NCBI GenBank assembly: GCA_965228735.1
Contig: OZ245838.1
Coordinates: 6,496,001 to 6,560,000 of the forward strand
Origin: Planctomycetota bacterium
Lineage (GTDB): Bacteria > Planctomycetota > UBA1135 > UBA2386
DNA length: 64,000 bases
Direction: 5' to 3'
The notes under the pieces are model-generated. The model searched no databases and was not told the DNA's origin. It saw only the letters and a program-made list of their open reading frames with translations. Below are positions 19,609 through 29,666 of the stretch, one piece after another (the first letter of the stretch is position 1; each line of letters starts with the position of its first letter). A program made the translations under genes and the position numbers.

Positions 19609-21113
19609 AGGGCGTCAAGAACCGCAAGTCGGACAGGACCGACAAGACCGAGGCGCGCGCGACGACCGCGGCCCGCGGGTGGATGACCGCGACCCGGGTG
19701 GCCAAGGCGCTCGCGGGCGGCGCGGTCATCGCCCGTGGCCGCACGGCTTCGCGTGTCTGCACCGACTCGCGCGTCGACTGCCGCGGTGCCCTGTTCGTCG
19801 CGCTGCGCGGGCCGAACCACGACGCGCACGGTCACCTCGCGGACGCGGTGAACCAGGGCGCCGTCGGCTTGCTCGTCGATCGGCCGCTCGCGGAGCTGCC
19901 GCCGCTGCCGCGCACGCAAAAGGTCTACGTCGTGCAGGTGCCCGACACGGGCACAGCGCTCATGGAGCTCGCGGCCGAGCATCGCCGCCGCCACCCGGCG
20001 CGGGTCATCGGCATCACGGGGTCGTGCGGCAAGACCTCGACCAAGGAGATGCTAGGTGGCGTGCTCGCGAGCGCGATGCCGACCGTGCGTTCGCCCGGCA
20101 GCTACAACAACCAGGTCGGCGTGCCGCTCTCGCTGTTGCAGATCGATGCCGCGACGCGCGCGGCCGTCGTCGAGATCGGCACCAACGGCCCCGGCGAGAT
20201 CGGGCCGCTCACGGCGATCGCGCGGCCCGACGTCGGCATCGTGACCTGCGTCGCCTCGTCGCACCTCGCGGGTCTCGGCTCGCTCGAGGGCGTCGCGCGC
20301 GAGAAGGCCGCGCTGCCGCACGGGGTCGCCAAGGGCGGTCTCTGCATCCTCAACGGTGACGACGCGGCGTGCCGTGCGATGGCCGCCGAGTGCGATGCGG
20401 ACGTGCAGTTCACCAGCGTCGCGGGTGAGGCCGACTGGTTCGCGACGGATCTGAGTTTCCACGCGCTGGGCACGTCGTTCCTGCTCAACGGCGAGCGGCC
20501 CGTCACGCTGCCGAAGCTCGGCACGCACAACGTCTACAACGCGCTCGCGGCGATCGCGGCGGCCGTGCATCTCGGCATGCCCGAGGACGACGTGCTCGCG
20601 GCCCTGGCCGGCGCGCCGTCGGCCGCCCGTCGGCTCGAACCGAAGTCCGCGGCCGGCGTCACGATCTTCGACGACACCTACAACATGAACCCCGAGTCGG
20701 CGCGGGCGGCGCTGCAGGCGCTCGCGGGCATCGGCCGGACGGGCAAGCGCATCGTCGTGTTCGGCGAGATGCACGAGCTCGGGGCGCAGAGTGTCGCGCT
20801 CCACGAAGAACTCGGCGGCCGCGTCGCGGCGAGCGGGCAGGACGTCCTCGTGACGGTCGGACCCGGCGCCAGCGCGATCGCCGACGGCGCGCTCGCAGCC
20901 GGGATGCCGGCGAGCAAGGTCGAGCGGGTCACGGATGGCGAGGCCGCGCTGCAGTTCCTCCATTCCACCGTCCAGTCGGGCGACGTCGTGCTGTGCAAGG
21001 CCTCGCGACGGGTCGGACTCGATCGCCTCGTCGACGAACTCCTGTCCCTGCTCGGGGCTGCCTTTGTTGGGGCCGCCTCTGTCGGGCCCGCTTCTGGCGA
21101 GGCCGGCGGCTGA
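19593..21113 (+). CDS. murF: UDP-MurNAc-tripeptide:D-Ala-D-Ala ligase (start uncertain)
   Basis: GITGSCGKTSTKE, NNQVGVP, DDTYNMNP, GEMHELG, KASR. Confidence 0.95.
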
Positions 21114-21149
21114 CCCGTGATCACCACCATCCGCCGAACGACCTGACCC

Positions 21150-22280
21150 ATGCTCCACTGGCTCGCGCCCTACTTCTTCTCGGACGACGTGTGCCGCCTG
21201 TTCGGCTACATCTCGTTCCGGGCAGCGGGCGCGACGTTGACGGCATTCCTGTTCGCGGTCCTGTTCGGTCCGCGCGTGATCCGCTGGTTGAGCTCGGTCG
21301 GCGTCGGCGAGCGTATCGACGGCACGGGCTCCGTGACGCTCGAGAAGCTGCACGAGCACAAGCGCGGCACGCCGACGATGGGGGGGGTGTTCATCATCGG
21401 TGGCATCCTGCTCTCGGGGGTCTTGTGGCTGCGCTTCGACGGTGACAACCGGTTCTCCCTGCCCGGACTCGTGCTGATCGCGGGCTTCGCGCTCGTCGGT
21501 TTCTGGGACGACTGGGTCAAGCTGAAGAACAAGCTCGAGGACGGCAAGGTCAAGCGCGGCATCAGCAAGCGCGAGAAGCAGGGCGCGCTGACGCTCATCG
21601 CGCTCGGCGTCGGGCTCTGGCTCATGGGGCCGGCCGCGCTCGAGGGGCCGGCAGGACCGCAGCTCTACCTGCCGTTCTTCAAGGACGTGTCGATCGACCT
21701 GACGATCGGCTACGGCATCCCGTTCCTGCTGCTCGCGATCTTCGTGCTCACGGGTTCGGCCAACGGCGTCAACCTCACGGACGGACTCGACGGGCTCGCG
21801 ACCGGCTGCATCGCGACGGCGGCGATCGCCTACGCGGTGATCACCTACGCGGTCGGGCGCGTCGACTGGTCCGAGTACCTGCTCGTCGAACACATCGCCG
21901 GCGCGGGTGAGATGACCGTGCTCATGGGGGCGCTGCTCGGCGGCGCGCTCGGGTTCCTGTGGTTCAACGCGGCGCCCGCGATGGTCTTCCTCGGCGACGT
22001 CGGCAGCCTCGCGCTCGGCGGCGCGCTCGGCTATGCCGCGATCGTCAGCCGCACGGAACTCGTGCTGCTCGTCGTGGGCGGTGTGTTCGTCGTCGAGGCG
22101 CTGTCCGTGATCGTCCAGGTCGGCTCGTTCAAGCTGCGCGGCAAGCGCGTGTTCCGCTGCGCGCCGATCCATCACCATTTCCAGTTCGGCGGCATGCCGG
22201 AGACCCGCGTCGTGGTGCGGACGTGGGTCGTCTCGGCGCTGCTCGCCCTCACGAGCCTCGCGCTGTTCAAGGTGCGGTGA
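21150..22280 (+). CDS. mraY: Phospho-MurNAc-pentapeptide transferase
   Basis: GTPTMGG, WDD, NLTDGLDGL, FLGDVGSLALG, APIHHHF. Confidence 0.97.
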   Translation: MLHWLAPYFFSDDVCRLFGYISFRAAGATLTAFLFAVLFGPRVIRWLSSVGVGERIDGTGSVTLEKLHEHKRGTPTMGGVFIIGGILLSGVLWLRFDGDNRFSLPGLVLIAGFALVGFWDDWVKLKNKLEDGKVKRGISKREKQGALTLIALGVGLWLMGPAALEGPAGPQLYLPFFKDVSIDLTIGYGIPFLLLAIFVLTGSANGVNLTDGLDGLATGCIATAAIAYAVITYAVGRVDWSEYLLVEHIAGAGEMTVLMGALLGGALGFLWFNAAPAMVFLGDVGSLALGGALGYAAIVSRTELVLLVVGGVFVVEALSVIVQVGSFKLRGKRVFRCAPIHHHFQFGGMPETRVVVRTWVVSALLALTSLALFKVR

Positions 22281-23422
22281 TGAGCGACATCGAGCTGAGT
22301 GATCGGGATGCCCCCGGCAAGGATCGGGTGCACCTGCGTGAGCTCGATTGGCTCATGCTCATCACGGTGTCGCTGTCGTGCCTCGGTCTCGTGATGGCCG
22401 TGTCGGTGCTCGGGCCCAAGATCGACGTCGGGCCGCTCGCCGCGGTGAAGAAGCAGAGCTTCAAGCTGCTGTTCGGGCTGGCCGCGTTCCTCGTGACCGC
22501 GACCCTGCCGATGCGGCTGGTCTACCGTTCGGCGCTGCCGATGTTCTTCGTGACGACGGCGCTGTGCCTCGTCCCGCACGTGATGCGCGACGTCAAGGGC
22601 GCGCACCGTTGGATCCACATCGGCGACCATCAGTTCCAGCCCGTCGAGCCGGCGCGGTTCTTCATGATCCTGTCGGTCGCGCTGCTGCTCGCCCGCGCGG
22701 GGCGCCATGTCACGACGTTCTTCCGCGGGTTCGGCCCCGCGATCGGCTGCGCGGGCTTGCTCGCCGCGGTCCTCATGAGCCAGCCCGACAACGGCAACGC
22801 GCTCATCGTCCTCGCGATCGCGAGCGTGCTCGCGCTGATCGCCGGCGTCCGGATCCTGCACTTCCTGCCGTTCGCCGCCGTCGGCTTCGCGTGCTTCTGG
22901 TTCGTCGCGATGCAGCATGGCTACGTGCGGGACCGCGTCCACGACTTCATGCACCCGACGCCGCGGTCGCAGGTTGGCCTCGGCCTGATCGCGGTCGGTT
23001 CGGGCGGCACGACCGGGCAGGGTCTCGGGCAGGGCTGGATGAAGATGGGCTTCGTGCCAGAAGCGCACAATGACTTCGTCTTTGCCATCGTAGGTGAAGA
23101 ACTGGGATTCCTCGGGACGGCCGGCGTGCTGCTCGGCTTCGGCGCGTTCGGTTGGATCACCTACCGGATCGCGTCGAAAGTGCGCGACCCCTTTCTTCGC
23201 TACGTCGTCTGCGGTTACGCTCTGATGATCTGCATGCAAGCAGCGGCCAACCTGCTCGTCGTCAACGGGTGGGCCCCGGCCAAGGGCATCGACCTGCCGT
23301 TCGTCAGCACGGGCGGCACGAGCCTGATGTTCTGCTTCGCTGCGGTGGGCCTGATCGGCAACGCAGCCAGAGCCGATCGGGCGGGCGACTTCAGCACTGA
23401 GTATTCGAGCCATGGTGGTTGA
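22280..23422 (+). CDS. ftsW: SEDS family protein FtsW
   Basis: GAHRWI, QPVE, QPDNG, PEAHNDFVFAIVGEELG, LPFVSTGGTS. Confidence 0.93.
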   Translation: MSDIELSDRDAPGKDRVHLRELDWLMLITVSLSCLGLVMAVSVLGPKIDVGPLAAVKKQSFKLLFGLAAFLVTATLPMRLVYRSALPMFFVTTALCLVPHVMRDVKGAHRWIHIGDHQFQPVEPARFFMILSVALLLARAGRHVTTFFRGFGPAIGCAGLLAAVLMSQPDNGNALIVLAIASVLALIAGVRILHFLPFAAVGFACFWFVAMQHGYVRDRVHDFMHPTPRSQVGLGLIAVGSGGTTGQGLGQGWMKMGFVPEAHNDFVFAIVGEELGFLGTAGVLLGFGAFGWITYRIASKVRDPFLRYVVCGYALMICMQAAANLLVVNGWAPAKGIDLPFVSTGGTSLMFCFAAVGLIGNAARADRAGDFSTEYSSHGG

Positions 23423-23479
23423 CGGTCAGGTCGACCAAGCAATGGCGTTCTACAACGCGACAATCCTGGGAGGGATGTG

Positions 23480-24328
23480 ATGGGCCAGCTCGAGAAGTAC
23501 GGGCTCTACGTTTTGTGTCTGCTGATCTTCCTGATCCTCGGCGTCACCCTGATGGGGTCGGGGACGGTGGAGGCCAGCCCGGACGGGCAGCGCGAGCGCC
23601 AGTCGGTGCAGGATCTGAACGCGAGCCGTGAGGGTGGCGGGGCGCTGCCGGTGAACGATCGCGACACCACGCGGTCGAGTGGATCCCCGGCCAATGGATC
23701 CCCGGCCAATGGACCGACGGCGAACGGATCGCCGGCCAACGGCGGCGCGCGCGCCCCGAACTTCCGGGAACTGCTCACGCCGTCGGCGCGCCCCTCGAAC
23801 GGTGGCGCCAGCAGCAGCGTCGCGACGCCGAACCCGCGGCCGAACACGACCCCGTCGAACGGCGGGAACAGCCCACCGTCGAACGGCCGGGCAGCGTCGA
23901 ACGGCCGCACCGCGACGCCCGACCCGGCGCCGGTCCACACGCCGGCGCCAGCCGACCGCCCGACCTACACGATCCGGCGCGGCGACAACTACGAGTCCAT
24001 TGCCCGCGAATTGTTCGGCACGCGCGCGCTCGTCGGTGAGATCGCGCGGCTCAACCCGCGCATCGATCCGCTCAAGCTGCAGCCCAACAAGACGATCCTC
24101 GTGCCGACGAAGGCCGAGGCCGAGGCGTTCATCGCGCAGCGCGCGGCGAAGCGCACGGGCGTGCAGCTCGGCGGCACCTACAAGATCAAGAAGGGCGACA
24201 CGCTGATCGACATCGCCAAGCAGCAGCTCGGTTCGGAGGGTCGGCTCGCCGATCTGCAGGCCCTCAACCCGGGCCTCAATCCGACCAACCTGCGCATCGG
24301 CCAGAAGATCCGCTTGCCGCGCAAGTAG
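23480..24328 (+). CDS. Membrane-anchored double LysM peptidoglycan-binding protein
   Basis: N-terminal TM, P/S/N-rich linker, two LysM domains (YTIRRGDN..IA, YKIKKGDTL..IA..LN). Confidence 0.9.
   Translation: MGQLEKYGLYVLCLLIFLILGVTLMGSGTVEASPDGQRERQSVQDLNASREGGGALPVNDRDTTRSSGSPANGSPANGPTANGSPANGGARAPNFRELLTPSARPSNGGASSSVATPNPRPNTTPSNGGNSPPSNGRAASNGRTATPDPAPVHTPAPADRPTYTIRRGDNYESIARELFGTRALVGEIARLNPRIDPLKLQPNKTILVPTKAEAEAFIAQRAAKRTGVQLGGTYKIKKGDTLIDIAKQQLGSEGRLADLQALNPGLNPTNLRIGQKIRLPRK
23681..23740 (+). repeat. 4 x 15-nt coding tandem repeat (GSPAN/GPTAN)
   Basis: ggatccccggccaat x2 plus two degenerate copies. Confidence 0.85.
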
Positions 24329-24425
24329 CGCTGCGTTCGGGCCGGCGCGCTCACGCCGGCGCGGCGGCGTGTCGACGCCGCCCGAGGTCTCCTGACGTCA
24401 CTCTGCTTCTCCGATTCTGCACCGA

Positions 24426-25577
24426 ATGGTCCGACGTGTTTGTCTCGTGAGTGGGGGCACGGGCGGTCACCTGATGCCCGCACTCGTTCTGGCTCGCGGA
24501 CTGCGGGAACGCGGTCACGAGCCGGTCCTCCTGACCGAGGGCCGCGACGTCGAACGCGCGATGGTCGAGCGCGAGCTGCCCGACTTGCCGGCGCTGCGAC
24601 TGCCGGGCACGGGTGACGTCGCACGGCCGTCGCGCCTGCAGCTGCCGCTGTGGCTCCTGCGCACGACGCTCGCGATGCGCAAGACGCTGCGCGACGAACG
24701 CATCGACTGCGTGGTGAGCACGGGCGGGCGGCCGTCCGTGCCCGCGGGGCTCGCGGCGCGCAGTCTCGGCGTGCCACTCTTCCTGCTGGAGCAGAACGCC
24801 GTGACGGGCCGCGCCAACCGCCTGCTCGGGCCGTTCGCGAAGCGCATCTACCGCGGGCTGCCCGATCGCGGCCATCATGATCCCGGCTTCGTGACCGGCA
24901 CGCCGCTGCGGCCCGGCGTCGGGTCGGTCGATCGGCGGGTGGCGCGGCGGGCGCTCGAGTTGCCCGAGACGGCCCGCGTCGTCCTCGTGACTGGCGGCAG
25001 CCAGGGGGCGCAGGCGCTCAACGAGACCGTGCCCGCGGCGTTGCAGCGTCTCGCGGACGGCGTGACGAGCTACGTGCTGCACCTCGCGGGCGCCGGCAAC
25101 GCGGAGGACGTGGCGGCGCGCTACGGCATCGGCACCCACGACCTCGAGGCCGGCAGGGCCGTCGGGTCGGCCACGGTCGAGTCTGTCACGGTCGTGGCGA
25201 AGGTCTGGCCGACCACGACGCGGATGGCCGAGTGCTATGCCGCCGCGGACCTCGTGATCTGCCGCGGCGGCGGCACGACGGTCGCCGAACTGATCGCGGC
25301 GGGCCGGCCGGCCGTGATCGTGCCCTACCCGCATCATCGCGATCGCCAGCAGGTGCGGAACGCCGAGGTGCTCGTCGATGCCGGCGCTGCCGAGCTCGTC
25401 GAACAGCACGAGCTGACGGTCCAGGGCCTCGCCGACCGTCTCGCCCGGCTGCTCGGCGACCCCGCGAAGCTCGCGGCGATGGCGACCGCGGCCGGGCAGG
25501 TCACGACGGGCTCGGCGACGACGGCGATCCTCGACGACGTCGAGCGCGCGAGCGGCTGGACGGAGGTGGCCGAATGA
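24426..25577 (+). CDS. murG: Lipid II GlcNAc transferase
   Basis: GGTGGHL, EQNAVTG.AN, GGSQGA, Q..NA. Confidence 0.95.
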   Translation: MVRRVCLVSGGTGGHLMPALVLARGLRERGHEPVLLTEGRDVERAMVERELPDLPALRLPGTGDVARPSRLQLPLWLLRTTLAMRKTLRDERIDCVVSTGGRPSVPAGLAARSLGVPLFLLEQNAVTGRANRLLGPFAKRIYRGLPDRGHHDPGFVTGTPLRPGVGSVDRRVARRALELPETARVVLVTGGSQGAQALNETVPAALQRLADGVTSYVLHLAGAGNAEDVAARYGIGTHDLEAGRAVGSATVESVTVVAKVWPTTTRMAECYAAADLVICRGGGTTVAELIAAGRPAVIVPYPHHRDRQQVRNAEVLVDAGAAELVEQHELTVQGLADRLARLLGDPAKLAAMATAAGQVTTGSATTAILDDVERASGWTEVAE

Positions 25578-27037
25578 CGGCGCCCGCCGACGTGCCGCAG
25601 GAAGGCGTGCAACTCGCCGAGGCGACGGCCGGCGCGCCGCCCGTTCCCGGCTTCGCGAGCCGGCGCTTCCACTTCGTCGGGGTCGCGGGGGCTGGCATGA
25701 GCGGCCTCGCGCGACTGCTGCGCGGCATGGCGTGCGAGATCAGCGGCAGTGACTCGACCGACGGTCCGCAGCTGCAGCAGCTCGTCACCGAGGGGTGCGA
25801 TGTCTGGGCCACGGGGCGGCCCGAGCGCATCGCCGGCAGCGACGGCTACGTGATTCGGAGCGCCGCGGTGCCGAGCAGCGACCCGGAGGTGCAGGAGTGC
25901 GTGCGGCGTGGCTTCACGTCGCTGCTCTACGCCGAAGCGGTGGGGCGGCTCAGCGAAGGGCGCCGCACGCTCGCGATCGGCGGCACGCACGGCAAGACGT
26001 CGACGACCGCGCTCACGGTCGCCGGGCTGCGCGCCGCGGGCCTCGACCCGTCGCATCTGATCGGCGGCGACGTGCCCGAGTTCGCGACGGCAGGTGGTGT
26101 GGGCGGCAACGGGCATGGCGGCAAGAGCTCCGAGTTCGTCGTCGAGGCCTGCGAGTTCAACCGCAGCTTCCATTCGTTGCGGCCGTTCGGCGCGGCGATC
26201 CTCAACCTCGATCACGACCACTTCGACTGCTACCCGTCGACCGAGGAACTCATCGACGCGTTCGCCGGCTACCTCGCGCGCGTGCGTCCCGGCGGGACGG
26301 CGCTCGTCGACGAGAGCGTGCCGCGCGGCGTGCTCTCGAGTCTGCGCAACGACGTGACGATCCTCACGGTCGGCGCCGGTCTGTGGGCCGACATCCGCGC
26401 GATCGAGGTGAGCGAGGATCTCGGCCGGTTCTCGTTCGTCCCCGTCGTCCACGGCGACCGATTGGAGCGGGTTCAGATGGCGATGTCGGGTCGCCACAAC
26501 ATGCAGAACGCGCTGTTCGCGCTCGGGCTCGCGCACGTCGTCGGGGCCGATCTGCAGCGCGCCGGTCGCGGCATCGGCGACTTCGGCGGCGTCAAGCGCC
26601 GTTTCGAGGTGAGCCGCGGCCCCCGCGGTGGCGTGCTCGTTAACGACTACGCGCACCACCCGGTCGAGATCGCGGCGACGCTGCAGGCAGCGCGGCGGCG
26701 CTTCCCCGGGCAGCGGATCGTCGTCGCGTTCCAGCCGCACCAGTTCCAGCGCACGCGCTACCTGTTGCCGCAGTTCGCCGAGGCGCTGAGCGCGGCGGAC
26801 CTGACGCTCGTCGTCGACATCTACGGCGCGCGCGAGAGCGCGGATGCGCAGGCCAGCGTGTCGGCGCTCGACCTCGTCGAGGCCGTGCGCGAGCGCGGTG
26901 GTCGCAGCGAACGGGGCGGGAGCATTCAGGAGTTGCCCGCTCGCGTCGCCGAGCACTGGCAGCCCGACGATGTCGTGCTCGTGCTCGGTGCGGGGGACGT
27001 CGACCAGGCCGTGGAGGCGATCGTTGCCGGAATCTGA
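25574..27037 (+). CDS. murC: UDP-MurNAc:L-Ala ligase
   Basis: HFVGVAGAGMSGLA, GTHGKTST, EACE, GVKRRF, DYAHHP. Confidence 0.95.
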   Translation: MTAPADVPQEGVQLAEATAGAPPVPGFASRRFHFVGVAGAGMSGLARLLRGMACEISGSDSTDGPQLQQLVTEGCDVWATGRPERIAGSDGYVIRSAAVPSSDPEVQECVRRGFTSLLYAEAVGRLSEGRRTLAIGGTHGKTSTTALTVAGLRAAGLDPSHLIGGDVPEFATAGGVGGNGHGGKSSEFVVEACEFNRSFHSLRPFGAAILNLDHDHFDCYPSTEELIDAFAGYLARVRPGGTALVDESVPRGVLSSLRNDVTILTVGAGLWADIRAIEVSEDLGRFSFVPVVHGDRLERVQMAMSGRHNMQNALFALGLAHVVGADLQRAGRGIGDFGGVKRRFEVSRGPRGGVLVNDYAHHPVEIAATLQAARRRFPGQRIVVAFQPHQFQRTRYLLPQFAEALSAADLTLVVDIYGARESADAQASVSALDLVEAVRERGGRSERGGSIQELPARVAEHWQPDDVVLVLGAGDVDQAVEAIVAGI

Positions 27038-27956
27038 CCGCGAGCCGCAGTCCCGATCCGAACGGTCGGCCGAGCTGTCGACCGCGCTGCAGTCGATCCG
27101 CGGCGCCGTGCGGCAGAACGTGCAGCTTGCGCCGTTCATGCACCTGCGGATCGGTGGTCCCGCGGAGTGGTTCGTCGAGCCCTACGCCGAGGAGGATGCG
27201 GCCCGGGTCGTCGCGATCTGTCACGAGCTCGGCGTGCCGATGCGCGTGCTCGGCGGCGGCAGCAACGTCGTGATCGCGGACCGTGGCCTGCCCGGCGTCG
27301 TGCTCTACCTCGGCAACCTCAACCGCATCGTGCGCGACGGCGAACGCGTAACGGCCGGCGCCGGGTGCACGTTGCCGAGCCTCGTGCGCGCGACCAAGGA
27401 GGCCGGGCTCGCCGGACTCGAACGCCTCACGGGCGTGCCGGCCCAGGTCGGCGGAGCAGTCGCGATGAACGCCGGCACGCGTGACGGCGAGACCTTCGAT
27501 CTGCTCGTCTCGCTGACCGTCGTCGAGCCGGACGGCACGATCGTGGTGCGCGGGCCCGATGCGTTCTCACCGCGGTACCGCAACGGCGGTCTCGGGGACG
27601 CGATCGTGCTGCAGGCGGCGTTCGAACTCACGCCGGACTCACCCGACGCGATCTTCGAGCGCTTCTCCGCGAGCCTGCAGAAGCGCAACGCGTCGCAGCC
27701 CGTGTCGCAACGCAGCGTCGGTTGCGTGTTCCAGAACCCGGAGAACGACGCGGCGGGGCGGCTCATCGAGGCGGCCGGCTGCAAGGGTATCAGTGAGGGC
27801 GGCGTCGAGGTGAGTCCAGTGCATGCGAATTACTTCGTAAACTCGGGCGACGCGAGCGCCGCGGAGTTCCTCGCGCTCATGCGGCAGGTGCAGGCCCGCG
27901 TGCGCGACCAGTTCGGCGTCGAACTTCGCCCCGAGGTCAAGCTCTGGGGCTTTTAG
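27024..27956 (+). CDS. murB: UDP-N-acetylenolpyruvoylglucosamine reductase
   Basis: RIGGPA, GGGSN, GGAVAMNAG, GCVFQNP, HANYFVN; TTG start after GGAGG. Confidence 0.93.
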   Translation: MPESDREPQSRSERSAELSTALQSIRGAVRQNVQLAPFMHLRIGGPAEWFVEPYAEEDAARVVAICHELGVPMRVLGGGSNVVIADRGLPGVVLYLGNLNRIVRDGERVTAGAGCTLPSLVRATKEAGLAGLERLTGVPAQVGGAVAMNAGTRDGETFDLLVSLTVVEPDGTIVVRGPDAFSPRYRNGGLGDAIVLQAAFELTPDSPDAIFERFSASLQKRNASQPVSQRSVGCVFQNPENDAAGRLIEAAGCKGISEGGVEVSPVHANYFVNSGDASAAEFLALMRQVQARVRDQFGVELRPEVKLWGF

Positions 27957-28118
27957 CGGTTGTGGTCCGTCGCCACCAGACCGCGGTGTCATGGTCGCTA
28001 CGAACGGCCGTGCGAATCGCGATCGTCGCGCCTCGGGATCTCGCGACGGGACTCCCTTGCAAGCGCGGCGAACTTCCCGGACGCTAGGTTCGATACGCCT
28101 TCTGCTATGAGGAGCGCC

Positions 28119-28514
28119 ATGGACGAGCACGTCGTTACCATCGAGTTCAAGGGTCGCCACGACCACATCTCCGAGCGGATGAAGGAGCACGCGACCCACA
28201 AGATCGGTCGCCTGTCCAACTACCGCGATCGGCTGACGCGGATCGAGGTCGTCGCGGATCACATCCACGACAACCCGGAGGTCGAGCTCATCGTGCACCT
28301 GACCAAGGGGGCGCCGATCGTCTCCAAAGAGCACAGCACGTCGTTCTCGGCCACGATCGATCTGCTCGTCGACAAGGTCGACACCCTGCTGCGCAAGCAG
28401 AAGGAGAAGGCGATCGACCGCCAGAAGCACCGCGCGGACAGCTCCGTCGCGCCGGAGCTCGACGGCCGCGACGACGAAGAGACGTACGAAGAAGCGGTCC
28501 GCAAGTCGCTCTGA
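28119..28514 (+). CDS. hpf: Ribosome hibernation promoting factor (HPF/RaiA)
   Basis: GRHDHISERMKEH..KI, IDLLVDKV..LRKQKEK. Confidence 0.85.
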   Translation: MDEHVVTIEFKGRHDHISERMKEHATHKIGRLSNYRDRLTRIEVVADHIHDNPEVELIVHLTKGAPIVSKEHSTSFSATIDLLVDKVDTLLRKQKEKAIDRQKHRADSSVAPELDGRDDEETYEEAVRKSL

Positions 28515-28572
28515 GCGCTGGCCCCGACTGGGCACTGGCCCCGACTGGGCGCTGGCCCCGACTGGGCACTGG
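28515..28572. repeat. 17-nt tandem repeat x3.4 (GCRCTGGCCCCGACTGG)
   Basis: Units at 28515, 28532, 28549, partial at 28566. Confidence 0.95.
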
Positions 28573-28668
28573 TGAACGTACCGAACCCGCCAGCTTTGGC
28601 TCACGGTTCGTCCCACCCCCCGGGTGAGACAAGCCGTGAGCCAAAGCTGGCGGGTTCGGTATGTTCAC
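28572..28668. repeat. Fold-back element B: 47-bp arms, 3-nt loop, 4 mismatches
   Basis: gtgaacgtaccgaacccgccagctttggctcacgg... pairs with ...ccgtgagccaaagctggcgggttcggtatgttcac. Confidence 0.93.
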
Positions 28669-28796
28669 GACCGGTCCGGGGTTCTGGCCTGGCATGGGCC
28701 GTTCCGCGCCGGCAGCGGCCACGGCGAGCAGCAGGATTTGCCTTCGGGAGCGGCGCGGCGTTGCTTTCCGCCCGCCATTCCCGACACTGCTCGCCC

Positions 28797-29267
28797 ATGA
28801 TCGGACAGGTGGTCCAAGACGCCCGGCTCGTGCCGGAACTGCAGGCTCAGAACAAGGAAGGCGCGCTCAAGGAGCTCATCGGCCACGCCCAGGAGGCGGG
28901 CGCGTTCCCGAGCAAGTCGCTGAAGGCGATCTCCAAGCTGCTGCACGACCGCGAGGCGATCGGCAGCACCGGCCTCGGCAACGGGGTGGCCGTGCCGCAC
29001 GTGAAGTCGGACGCGGTCAAGGAGCCGACGCTGGTCCTCGCCCGCAGTCACGCCGGGCTCGAGTGGCAGGCGATCGACGGCCGCGCGGTCCACATCATGT
29101 TCATGCTGGTCTCGCCGGCGGACGAGCCCGAACGCCACCTCGGCTACCTGCGCTGGATCTCGAGTCTGGCGCGGAACTCGGACTTCCGGCGCTTCCTGCT
29201 CGATGCCGACGACGAAGCCGGCATGCGCGACCTGCTCGTCGAGATGACGCCCAAGGACGCCTCGTGA
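28797..29267 (+). CDS. ptsN: PTS IIA (nitrogen/fructose type)
   Basis: REAIGSTGLGNGVAVPH, AIDG. Confidence 0.85.
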   Translation: MIGQVVQDARLVPELQAQNKEGALKELIGHAQEAGAFPSKSLKAISKLLHDREAIGSTGLGNGVAVPHVKSDAVKEPTLVLARSHAGLEWQAIDGRAVHIMFMLVSPADEPERHLGYLRWISSLARNSDFRRFLLDADDEAGMRDLLVEMTPKDAS

Positions 29268-29551
29268 GCGAATCGGAAGCGCAGACGCTGCGCGTGACGC
29301 TGACCAACAAGCACGGGCTGCACGCGCGGCCGGCCCACCTGTTCGTGCAGACCGCCAACGCCTACGCGAGCAGCCTCGAGGTCGGCCGGGCCGACAGCGA
29401 GGACCGCGTCGACGGCAAGTCGATCATGGGGATGATGATGCTCGCGGCCGAGTGCGGGGTCGAGCTCGAACTCAAGGCCACCGGTCCGGACGCCGACGCG
29501 CTGCTGCGCGCGCTCGAAGAACTCGTCCAGGCCGACTTCGGCGAGGACTGA
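29264..29551 (+). CDS. ptsH: HPr/NPr phosphocarrier
   Basis: NKHGLHARPA (His15), DGKSIMG (Ser46); GTGA overlap. Confidence 0.9.
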   Translation: MSESEAQTLRVTLTNKHGLHARPAHLFVQTANAYASSLEVGRADSEDRVDGKSIMGMMMLAAECGVELELKATGPDADALLRALEELVQADFGED

Positions 29552-29666
29552 GCGCGGCGGCGCTCTGGACGTCCGGTCCTTCCGGTTCGTGGCGCCCCGA
29601 CCGGGGAACCTCGCAGATCCTTCGGATCTCTTGCTCGCGTCGACCGTTGGCATGAGAGTGGAGGTG

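Noticed and set aside
28515..28572. CRISPR array
   Set aside because: 17-nt units are head-to-tail with no spacers and there are no cas genes.
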